Source of the DNA: Lama guanicoe
Taxonomy: Eukaryota
Assembly: GCA_013239625.1 (NCBI GenBank)
Contig: MU053561.1
Coordinates: 4,633,214 to 4,697,213 of the forward strand
DNA length: 64,000 bases
Direction of reading: 5' to 3'
Shown here: piece after piece, positions 53,232 through 64,000 of the stretch
Numbering within the stretch: position 1 is the first letter of the stretch
Layout of the letters: each line of letters opens with the position of its first letter
Program-made: the position numbers and the translations under genes
The notes under the pieces: generated by a model
The model's database searches: none
What the model was told of the DNA's origin: nothing
Seen by the model: the letters and a program-made list of their open reading frames with translations, nothing else

Positions 53232-54966
53232 ATTGATTGTTTAATCTATTTACACTTAATGTTACTGTTGATATAGTTGGATTTTTGCCTGCCTTTTGCA
53301 TTTTCCTTTCTGTATGTCTTATATCCTTTGTTCCACTTTTCTGTTGTTGCCTTCTTTTGTGGTACTGTACCTCCCCACTTCCCCCACCCCTGCCCCAGGG
53401 TTGCCAGTTGTTTGTTTGATGACTTGACTAGGTCATTTTAGTTAAGTCAAGTTTATTTATCACTACAATATGAAGCCTCTGAGATCCCTTCTCAGAGGGC
53501 ATCATCTTGGGCATATGTAGTCACCCTGGGATGTCATGATTTTAGGACGGCTCTTATTTTCTTGATCTTTTAAGCTCTCTACCTCTGTTGGTATTACACT
53601 AAGCTGTTAGACTCCACTAATTGTGGTCAGGTTGCTCTCCTGTTTTTGACAATGCCCTGAGACAACTTTTATGATGGTCTCTTGCAATGAAATTCAGATC
53701 CCTTTTCAAGGTAGTTTTTGAGTTTTGTCTTTGGGGTTTTTTATGACTCCAGGCGAGCTCCATTTTAGGTTCTCTGGGTCTCTGATAAACTAGCTGGCCT
53801 GTGGTTTAGCTTATTGTTCTCTTGAAAGTATCAGCTTTCTCTTAATTGTTTTCCATCAAAAATTTGTTTCCAAGTGCTCTTAGGTTTCAACTTTTGCATA
53901 CTCTGTTCCAAGTTAAGTCTGTTCTTTTGGGGAGGACTTCAGACCTTTCTCTTCTTATATAGTCTGCCTCCCTGGGTAAATTCTCTGAGCCACTGCTCTG
54001 GAGTTGTAGCTGGGTCTAGTGGCTCACTTCTTGGAGTGACTTCTCTGCTGTATGAGCAGGGTGCTAGATGGAGTACAGTTGCCTCTGGTCTTATTGGCTT
54101 GCCTCTTCTTTGGCATGGAACCTCTGCGCTACAAGCAAGTGAGCAAATTGCCCCAGTATTTTTATCCTACTGTGCCTGGGATAGAGTTGTGCCTTATGTA
54201 TTGGGGCTGTGTGGAGAAAGGGACCCGTGAGAAGAAGTATGTTTACCCTCATTTTTAGCCTTTCCAGTGTTCTTTTCTGAAAATTGATGTTCCTTCTTTT
54301 AATAAGCCTTTTCTGTTTAGCAGACTTCTTTTAATCATACACTAAGGGTAGGTTTGCCAGTGACAAATTTTTGTAGTTTGCTTCATGACAATATCTTTTT
54401 AGTTCTCCATTCCTGAAGGATATTTCTTGTTGCATATAAGATTTGTGTTTGAGTTCTTTTCTTTTAGCTTTTGGTTTGCTTGAGAAATCCACTGTCATTT
54501 GAATTGATATTCCCTTGTAATGCAGTTATTGGCTGTTTTCAAGATTTTTTCTTTGCCTGCAAGCTTTCAGAACTTAATGATTCTTGGTGTGGATTTCTTT
54601 GGATTTATCTTATTTTGAATTTTTAAGGATCTCTGCAGGTCTGTGTCTTGGCAAATTTGGGATATTTTTTAGCCATTATTTGTTGAAATACTTTTTAAGT
54701 TCCACTCATTTCTCTCCTGGGTTGCCAGTGATATGAATTTTAGCTGTTTTCTTACTGTCTCACAGGTCCTTGAGACTGGTAATTTTTTTTTCCCACTGAA
54801 AAAAATTTTGGATAAGTTCTGTTGATTTGTTCTGAAGTTAATGATTCTCTTCTCTGTCATTTTCACTTTACTTTTGAGGCCATTTATCAAGATTTTTAGT
54901 TTGATTGTTATATTTTTTTAGGTCCATCATTTCCATTTGGATTTTCTGTAACTTCTGTTTCTTTGA

Positions 54967-57915
54967 TTTTTTTTTTAATTGAGGTATAATCAGTTCAGTG
55001 TTGTGTCAGTTTCTGGTATACAGCACAATTCTTCAGTCATGCATGAATATATATATATTCATTTTCATATTCTTTTTCACTGTAAGCTACTACAAGATAT
55101 TAAATATATTTCCCTGTGCTATACAGTATAAACTTGTTTATCTATTTTATATATACCAGTCAGTATCTGCAGATCTCAAACTCCCAGTTTATCCTTTCCC
55201 ACCCCCCCTCCTCCCTGGCGACCACAGATCTGTATTTTATGTCTGTGAGTCTGCTTCTGTTTTATATATAAGTTCATTTGTCTTTTTTATTTTTTTAGAT
55301 TCCACATATGAGTGATATCATATGGTATTTTTCCTTTCTCTTTCTGGCTTACTTCACTTAGAATGACATTCTCTAAGGCCATCCATGTTCCTGCAAATGG
55401 CATTACTTTATCATTTTTATGGCTGAGTGGTATTCCATTGTATAAATATACAACTGCTTATTTATCCAGTCATCTGTCGATGGACATTTAGGTTGTTTCC
55501 ATGTCTTGGCTATTGTAAATAGTGCTGCTATTAACATTGGGGTGCAGGTGTCTTTTTGAATTAGGGTTTCCTCTGGATATATGCCCAGGAGTGAGATTGC
55601 TGGGTCATATGGTAAGTCTATTTTTAGTCTTTTGAGGAATCTCCGTACTGTTTTTCCACAATGGCTGCACCAAACTCCATTCCCACCAACAGTGTAGGAG
55701 GATCCCTTTTCTCCACACCTTCTCCAGCATTTATCATTTGTGGACTTTTGAATCATGGCTGTTTTGACTGGTGTGAGGTGATAACCTCATTGTAGTTTTG
55801 ATTTGCATTTCTCTGATAATTAGTGATATTGAGCATTATTTCATGTGCCTATTTGTCATTCATATGTCTTCATCGGAGAATTGCTTGTCTAGGTCTTCTG
55901 CCCATTTTTGGATTCGGTTGTTTGTTTTTGTCTTAAATCATATGAGCTGTTTACATATTCTGGAAGTCAAGCCCTTGTCAGTTTTATCTTTTGCAAATAT
56001 TTTCTCCCATTCAGTTAGGTGGTTGTTTTGTTTTGCTTATATTTCCTTCACTGGGCAAAAGCTTGTAAATTTAATTAGGTCCCATTTGTTTATTTTTGCT
56101 TTTATTTCTATTACTTGGGTAGACTGCTCTAGGAGAACATTGCTGAGATCTATGTGAGATAATGTTTTGCCTACGTTTTCTAGGAGACTTACTGTGTCTT
56201 GTCTTATCTTATGTTTTAGTCTTTAATCCATTTTGAGTATATTTTTGTGTATGGTGTAAGGAAGTATTCTAACTTCATTCATTTACATGCTGCTGTCCAG
56301 GTTTCCCAACACCATTTGATTAAAAGACTGTCTTTATTCCATTGTATGTTCTTGCCTCCTTTGTTGAAGATTAATTGACAAAAATTTGTGGGTTCATTTC
56401 TGGGCTCTCTGTTCTGTTCCATTAATCTGTATGTCTGTTCTACTACCAGTACCATGCTGTTTTGATTACTGTAGCTCTGTAGTATTGTCTGAAGTCTGGG
56501 AGGGTTATTCCTCCAGCCTCATTCTTCTTTTTCAGTAATGCTTTGACAGTTCTGGGTCTTTTGTGGTTCCATATAAATTTTAATATGATTTGTTCTAGTT
56601 CTGTGAAATATGTCCTGGGTAATTTGATAGGGATTTCATTAAATCTGTAGATTGCCTTGGGCAGTATGGCCATTTTAACAATATTGATTCTTCCAATCCA
56701 GGAGCATGGGATATCTATCCATTTTTTTAAGTCTTTAATTTCCTTAAACAGTGTTTTGTAGTTCTCCATGTATAAGTCTTCATCTCTTTGGTTAAATTTA
56801 TTCCTAGGTATTTTATTACTTTGGGTGCTATTTTAAAAGGGATTGTTTCTTTACTTTCTTTTCTTGTTGATTCTTTGTTAGTATAAAGAAATGCAACTGA
56901 CTTTTGTATGTTAATCTTGTATCCTGCTACCTTGCTGAATTCTTTTATTAGTTCTAGTAGTTTTTGTGTGGAGCTTTTAGGATTTTCTGTATATAGTATC
57001 ATGTTGTCTGCATATAGTAACAGTTTTACCTCTTCTTTTCCAATTTGGATCCCTTTTATTTCTTTTTCTTGCCTGATTGCTGTGGCTAGGACTTCCAAGA
57101 CTATATTGAATAGAAGTAGTGAGAATGGACAACCTTCTCTTGTCCCAGATTTTAGTGGGAAGATTTTCAGTTTTTCACCATTGAGTACTATGCTGGCTGT
57201 AGGTTTGTCATAAATAGTTTTTATTATGTTGAAATATGTTCTCTGTATACCCACTTTGGTAAAGGTTTTTATCATAAATGGGTGTTGAATTTTATCAAAT
57301 GCTTTCTCTGCGTCTATTGAGATGATCATGTGGTTTTTGTCCTTTCTCTTGTTGATGTGGTGTATCACATTGATTGGCGTATGTTGAACCATTCTTGTGT
57401 TCCTGGGATGAATCCAGCTTGATCATGGTGTGTGATCTTTTTTATGTGCTGTTGGATTCTGTTTGCTGATATTTTTTGAGGATTTTTGCATCTGTGTTCA
57501 TCAGTGATATTGATCTGTAATTTTCCTTTTTGGTAGTGTCTTTATCTGGTTTTGGTGTCAGGGTGATGGTGGCTTCACAGAATGAGTTTGGGAGTACTTC
57601 CTCCTTTTCAGTCTTCTGGAAGAGTTTGAGAAAGACTGGTGTGAGTTCTTCTTTGTGTGTTTGGTAGAATTCCCCAGTGAAGCCATCTGGTCCTGGACTT
57701 TTGTTGGTAGGGAGGTTTTTAAATTGCTAATTCGATTTCATTGCTAGTGATCGGTTTGCTCAAGTGGTCAGTTTCTTATTGATTCAATCTTGGTGGACTG
57801 TATGTTTCCAGAAACTTGTCCATTTCTTCTAGGTTATCCATTTTGTTTCCATATAGTTGTTCATGGTATTCTCATATGAAATTTTGTATTTCTTTGGTAT
57901 TGGTTGTAATTTCTC
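54967..57915 (-). mobile_element. ~2.9-kb 5'-truncated L1 with disrupted ORF2 (RT and C-terminal domains)
   Basis: ORFs 56727-57392 ([17 protein letters not shown]...YADNMILY), 56443-56769 and 55403-55756 are frameshifted ORF2 pieces; catalytic YADD changed to YADN. Confidence 0.95.
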
Positions 57916-58636
57916 TTTGGTCTATTTTAAAATTTGTTTCAAGAGAATTTGTAATTGCTTGTTGAATCACTTATATGTTGATTCCTTTAAATTCTTTGTC
58001 AGATAGTTCTAACATCTGATTCTCTTGACCATATATTAGTTGTCTTTTTTTTAGTTTGACTTATTTTTTAGTGTGTTGTGATATTTTGGATATCATATTC
58101 TGATACTTGAGTTCATATTTAATCTTTTTAGCAAGCAGTCTTCCTGTGGAAGACATGATGGCCATGTGGGTGTGTATGTTCGCTTTTTGCGGGGCCCCAT
58201 TGTCACTATGCCAGCAAAAGTGGAGTGCTGACTCTCACTGCCTTGTTGCAAATGGATGACATGGAATTTCAGTTCCCACTTGCTTCTTCCTAACAAAAGT
58301 GGGATACCAACTCATACAACTTTATTGCCATGTATACTCAATTCTGCTGAGCCTGAGTGATGCTAGAGAAGGAGGAAGCATAGGGCTAACTCACATTACC
58401 TTTTTGCTGCAAGGTAAGAAGTAGAATTTTAGTTACTCCTGGGACCTTAGCATACCAGAGAGAGGAAATAGAGTGATGACTTGCCTTACCTTATTCTTTC
58501 TTGTTATTGCCAGGTAGGGATAGAAGTTCAGCTCCCTGTTACTACCCTCTGACATGGAGATTTTTCTCAGTAGGTTAGGTAAGAAAAAATTGTTGGCTTC
58601 AATTAAAATGTCCTTTATTTAAGATCATGACCATGG

Positions 58637-58750
58637 AGGGGGAAGTATATAGCTCAGCGGTAGAGCATGTGCTTAGCATGCATGAAATCCTGGGTTCAAT
58701 TCCTGGTACCTCCATTAAAAAATAAATTAATCTAATTTACCCCCCCCCAA
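58637..58750 (+). mobile_element. Vic-1-type SINE
   Basis: tagctcagcgg...ggttcaattcc...cctccattaaaa; degenerate TSD aagat(c/g)atgac on both sides. Confidence 0.88.
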
Positions 58751-58779
58751 AGATGATGACAGTAGAAATACTGAGGATT

Positions 58780-60220
58780 TTTTTTTCCATCTTTATTGGG
58801 GAATAGTTGACAGAATTGTGAGATATTTAGAATGTACATTGTAATGTGATATGCATACACATCGTGAAATGGTTCCTCACCATCTATTCAGTTAACACAT
58901 CTATCACCTTATATTTATATAGGTAAGAACATTTAAGTTCTACTCCCTGAGTAAATTTCGGTTATATAATACAGTGTTATCAACATTAGTCACCATCTTA
59001 TACATTAGATCCTCAGTCCTTATTCATCTCATAGCAGAAAATTTGTATCCTTTCACTAAACTCTCTCTATCCCTCTATTCCTCACCCTAGTCTCCCCAAC
59101 CACTTTTGTACTGTTTCTATGAGTTTGACCTTAAAATAAACATTTTTTTTTAAGCTTCCACATATAAGTGATACTATGTGATATTTGTCTTTGGCTTATT
59201 TTACTTAGGTCCACCTGTGTTCTCACAAATGACAGAATTTCCCTTCCTTTTTTTCTCATGGCTGAATACTATTCCACTTTGTGTGTGTGTGAATGTGTAT
59301 GTATATATGTATACACATACGCACCACATCTTCTTAGGTGGACACTTAGGTGGTGTCTGTTTCTTGACTATTGTAATGCTGTCATGAACATGGGAGTACA
59401 GGCATCTCTTTGATACCCTCTTTTCATTGTTTTTGGATATATACCCAGAAGTGGAATTGCTGGATTGTATTGTAGTTCTGTTTTTAATTTCTTGAAAAAC
59501 CTGCATATTGTTTTCCACAATGGCTTTATCATTTACATTCCAACCATCAGTGTACAAGGTTTCCCTTTTCTTCACAACCTCACCAACTCTTGTTCTCTCT
59601 TGTTTTTTTGATGAAAGCCATTCTTACAGATTTGAGGTGATATCTCATTGTGGTTTTGACTTCCATTTGCTTGATGGTTAGTGATGTTGAGTATCTTTGC
59701 TAGGTACCTGTTGGCCATTTGTATGTCTTTCTTGAAAAATATCTATTCAGTTACTTTGCTCATTTTTAAATTGGATTCTTTGTGTTTTGCTATTGAGTCT
59801 TGTGAGTTTTTTTTTTTAATGTATTTTGGACATTAACCTCTTATCAGATATAATTTGCAAATACTTTCTCCTATTTTGTAGGTTACCTTTTCATTTTGTT
59901 GATATTTTCCTTTACTATGCAGAAGATTTTTAGTTTGATGTAGTCCCACTTTTTCATTTTTGTTTAGTTGCTTTTGCTCTTGGAATCAAATTAAAAAAAA
60001 CTTGTGCCAAGACTGATGTCAAGTAGCTTACCAGCCGTGTTTTCTTCTAGGAGTTTTATAGTTTCTAGTCTTAAATTTGAATCTTTAATCCACTTTGAGT
60101 TGATTTTTGTGTATGGTGTAAGATAGGGTCCCAGTTTTCTTCTTTTCTTCTTTCATTCTTTTCATTCTTTTTAGGGTGCATGTGGCTATCCAGTTTTCCC
60201 AACACCATTTATTGAAGTGG
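58780..60220 (-). mobile_element. L1MA-type 3' fragment
   Basis: Antisense L1 3' UTR and ORF2 C-terminus. Confidence 0.8.
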
Positions 60221-61647
60221 ATATATTGTGGATTTCTGACATTTTACAGTTTATAGGTGTGAAATTATAGAATCATGACTCATTGAATTCTTAAATTCCC
60301 ATTTTGTATAGGGCAGTGTTAGATGATTTTGGTTCTCAGGATATCATGTTGGAGTTTGAGAGACTTAAATAAGCACTTAATTTAAACAATTGAAGGAATG
60401 ATCAATATAATTTTTTTTCAAATGAGAAAATTTGCAAGTCAGAGAGTCTTGATCAAGATTATTTAGCTAAGATGCTTTTTCATCATTTCAACTTTTGTAA
60501 TTATTTTGAAAGTATAAAAACATGGAGAAGGTTGAAATTTTGAACAATATAAATGGTTATATAATGATCACTCATTTAAACCCACAAATCTGTAAAGTAT
60601 GAAATGCTGATTGTATTGTTTTTTACCAGAAATTTTAAAACAACATATCAACTAGAAAGCTATTAAGAGTACATGCAATCTTGTCAGGTAGGCCATTACT
60701 TCAGAATAAAACATATTATCCTTATGCAATCTCACTTAAGTACAGTTTTGTTTAACACAGCTGCCTCTTTAATGTCTCTTCTTGAATGACCCAGATGCAT
60801 CTCAAATGTCTAAAATGAACTTGTCTCAGAATTTTCCAGATCTCCTCTTGTAAGCCCTTTCTTATTGAGTAATCACTCCACTTCCCTAAGCAAGAAAATT
60901 GGGAATGATCCTTGTCTCCTCTTCTGATAGATTACATCTTTGTTCCCACTCTGTAATTTTCTGGTGATATTTTGTCTGTGGGTAATATTGGCCTCTTAAA
61001 ATGACTTGTGAATTTTTCTTTCCTTTTGTATTTTTTAAAGACACATCTTTAGAAGTTTAAAGAGTTTGTATAAAGTTCATATTATTTCTTCCTTGAGAAT
61101 TTACCATTGAAACAACCAACTGGGCCTGGACTTTATATTTTGCAAGCTTTAATTACTTAATCCAGTTTCTTTACTTGATATAAGTATATTCAGTTTCTCT
61201 GTTTCCTTAAGCCAGTTTTGGTAGTTTGTATTTGTCTAGGAATTTGGCTCATTTAAATTGTCTAACTTGTTGATATAAAAACTTTCATAATATTCCCTTA
61301 ATTCTTTTGATTTCTGTAGAGCTTGTTCTGAAGTCCTCTATTTCACTCTTAAGTTTGGTAATCTTTGTTCTTTTTTTTTTTTAACCTCTATGTCAGTCTA
61401 TCTCAGTGTGTGTCTCTATCCCCCATCTACCCTTCTTCTTTTTCCCCCTTCCCTTCCTTACCTGCACCTTGTCCCCCATCTAGCTAATTGTTCATCAGTT
61501 TTGTTGGTCTTTTCAAAGAACCATCTTTGAGTTTCATCCCCTCTCCTTCCACTGATACCTACTCATCTTTATTTCATTCTGTTTAGTTTGGGTTTGATTT
61601 GATCTTCTTGAGGGACATGTTCAGATTATTGATTAGAAATTTTTTTC

Positions 61648-61795
61648 AGCACAGGGAAGTATATTCAATATCTTGTAGTAGCTTACAGTGAAAAAGAATA
61701 TGAAAATGAATGTATGTATGTCCATGTATGACTGAAGAATTGTGCTATACATCAGAAATTGACACATTGTAAACTATGCCTCAATTTAAAAAAAA
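61648..61795 (+). mobile_element. ~150-bp 5'-truncated L1, sense to TRIM33
   Basis: L1 3' terminus plus A tail; TSD agaa(a/t)tttttttc at 61635-61647 and 61796-61808. Confidence 0.85.
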
Positions 61796-62286
61796 AGAAT
61801 TTTTTTTCCTTTTTAGCATGTTTTTAAACTATAAATTTCTGTAAGCCTGTGCTGTCCAATGTGTTAGCTAATTCTGATATATGGCTATTAGTAAATACTA
61901 AATAAAATTGAAGATTGAGTTCCTCAGTCACTCTAGTATGTGTTTACTTACCTCATGTGTCTAGTGGTTACCCCATTGGATGTTGCAGATACAGAACATT
62001 TTATGGCAGAATTTCTGTTGGACTCTTAAGTATTACTTCGGCTGCATTCTGTGAATTTATATGTATTAGTTTTCATTTTTCAGTTCAAGATATTTCCTAA
62101 TTGTCCTTGTGATTTCTTCTTTTACCCATGGGTTATTTAGAATTTAGTTTTTAAACTTTCAAAAATCTGGGCTTTCAGTATTTCTTTCTGTTGTTACTTT
62201 CTAATTAAATTGAATTGTGGTAGGAGAACATACTATGTATGATTTCAGACTTTTTCAGCTTAGTGAGATTTCTCTTATTAACTAGC

Positions 62287-62885
62287 AAAGGCTTGGCAAA
62301 TTATTTCTTTAAAGGGCCGGGTAATATATATTTTAGGCTTTATACACCACACAAGATCTCTGTTGTGGCCCACTTCCTCTTCCCCCCATACAATTTGAAT
62401 TATGTGTTTGGTCTTTGTCCCTGTTTCCTGAAACAGAACTTATAAGACCGAATGATAGGGGTGGTAGGTGGATCTTTCATTATTCATGAAAGTTTCTTTT
62501 AACCATACCTGAGGTTATGCTAAATAAGTGACTTAGTGGGTCTACTAGATAGCTTCAGGATGTGTGCTGTTAGGAGAAACCAAGCATGTGATAAGAGGGT
62601 GGGGCTTGAAAGTTCCTGGACCTCTGGGGAGAGTGGAGAGGCTGAGATAGAGTATAATGCGAACTCTGGGTAGGTAGGATCAGAACTGAATTGAATTGTT
62701 AGACACTCAGTTGATGTCAGAGAGTTGGAGAAGTGGTGTTAGAAAAGACAACAGATATTTGGTGTCAGGAGGAAAAAACCTTTCAGAACTCTTTGAAAAA
62801 TGTAAACCATTTCTTAGGTTGTGAGTCATACAGAAACAGACCAGGCTTGATTTGGCCCATGGGCCTTAGTATTAGTGCCCATCTT
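62287..62885. mobile_element. MER58-type hAT MITE split by a MER21-like LTR (~62364-62785)
   Basis: ggcttggcaaa..taaagggcc left arm; gatttggcccatgggcc right arm; LTR-like insert between them. Confidence 0.6.
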
Positions 62886-64000
62886 TGGACTAATACATGA
62901 TCTGTCCTTGAGAATGTTTCATTTGTGCTGTGGTAGAATTTGTATTGTACTATCTTTGCATAGAGTGTTCTATGCATATCAGTTACATCAAGTTGGTTAC
63001 TATGTTCAAGGCTTATTAACATAATTGTTGTTACCAATTCCTGAAAAAATGAGTATTGAAATCTCCAGCTGAAATTGTTGAGTTGTCTGTTTCTCCTTTC
63101 ATGCAATTAGTTTTGCTTTGGGTATTTTTTAGGTGCATATGCATTTATAATTTTTATATATTTCTGATGTATTGGCCCTTTGGCATATAAAATGTGTATC
63201 TTTGTGTCTAGTAATACTTTTAGCTGAGACTCTTCTTCCTAATGTTAACCACTCCATCTCTCTTCTGGTTACTATTTTCATGGTGTATCTTTTACCCTTC
63301 TTTTACTTTCAGTCCGTTGTGTCTTTGAGTCAAACATTGTTTATTTTAGATACCACGTAGTTGGATTTTGTGCTTAATCTCTGCCTTTTCATTGGTATGC
63401 TAAGTGCATTCATATTTAAGTAATGATATGGTTGGATTTAGGGTGTTTATTTTCTATCTTTGTCATGTCATTTCTTGGTTCCTTTCCTTTACTAAACCTT
63501 TTGTGTCCACCAGTATTTTTAATGTTCTTTAAAATTTTCTCATTGAGTTTTTACTTTGTTTTTGTTTTAGTTGTTGCTCTAGCAGTTATATGTCTAATTT
63601 AGTACAAGCCCCTTCAAGGTACAACTGTATTAATTTTGTTAAAATGTAGCAATTTTGTTCTACTATAGATCCATTCCTCTCTTTTGTAACTGTTGTCATA
63701 TTATTCAATTTATATGTTTAAAAACCATCAGTACATTATTATGATTATTGGTTTAAACAAGCTTGTGGGTTTTTTAAAAAAGAAATCAAGATGGAAAAAT
63801 AGTCTTTTATGTTTTCCATGTTTACCATTTCTAGTGCTTCTCATTTCCATATGTCGATCCAAGTTACAGTCTTGATTTCAGTTCTTATCAGCCTGAATGG
63901 ACTTTATTATTTTTTTGTGATATACATATGCCAGTGACATTCTCCTAAGTTTTAATTTTACCTGGGAATTTCTTTAGTTTGCTTTCATATTGAAGAATAT

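Larger units (their letters stand above)
31851..64000 (+). other. TRIM33: TRIM33 intron 1 (continues beyond window)
   Basis: Starts at the GTGAGC donor. I found no exon encoding the expected continuation (VGVIRCPVC...) downstream. The region is repeat-dense. Confidence 0.8.

Noticed and set aside
56443..57392. Functional reverse transcriptase gene
   Set aside because: Frameshifted, 5'-truncated L1 ORF2 with YADN in place of YADD.
61036..61050. aaagacacatct resembling part of TRIM33 exon 2 as I recall it
   Set aside because: Short chance match in L1-like sequence; no CPVC codons or open frame around it.

Overview
Mammalian nuclear DNA, almost certainly a camelid (alpaca/llama/camel), judging from six tRNA-Ala-derived SINEs of the Vic-1 type. 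The only protein-coding sequence is the first coding exon of TRIM33 (TIF1-gamma; + strand, ATG 31325, splice donor after 31850), which sits in a CpG island at about 30.7-32.3 kb. Bases 1-30.7 kb are upstream intergenic DNA. Bases 31851-64000 are TRIM33 intron 1, and exon 2 was not found in the window. About 3.5 kb upstream of TRIM33 on the minus strand is a decayed, intronless cytochrome c (CYCS) retrocopy with 5' UTR and a long 3' UTR. The rest is mostly layered transposon debris: L1, L2, MIR, MaLR/ERV LTRs, and Tigger and hAT-Charlie elements, several of them nested and with readable target-site duplications (TSDs). I see no convincing new biological system. The best leads are three poly(A)-only retro-insertions with TSDs, a possible CUG-initiated poly-Ala N-terminal extension of TRIM33, the CYCS fossil with an unexplained segment next to it, and a few candidate enhancer motifs. 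Repeat family names and comparisons with other species come from recalled sequences, not from a search; boundaries without a stated TSD or TIR are approximate.
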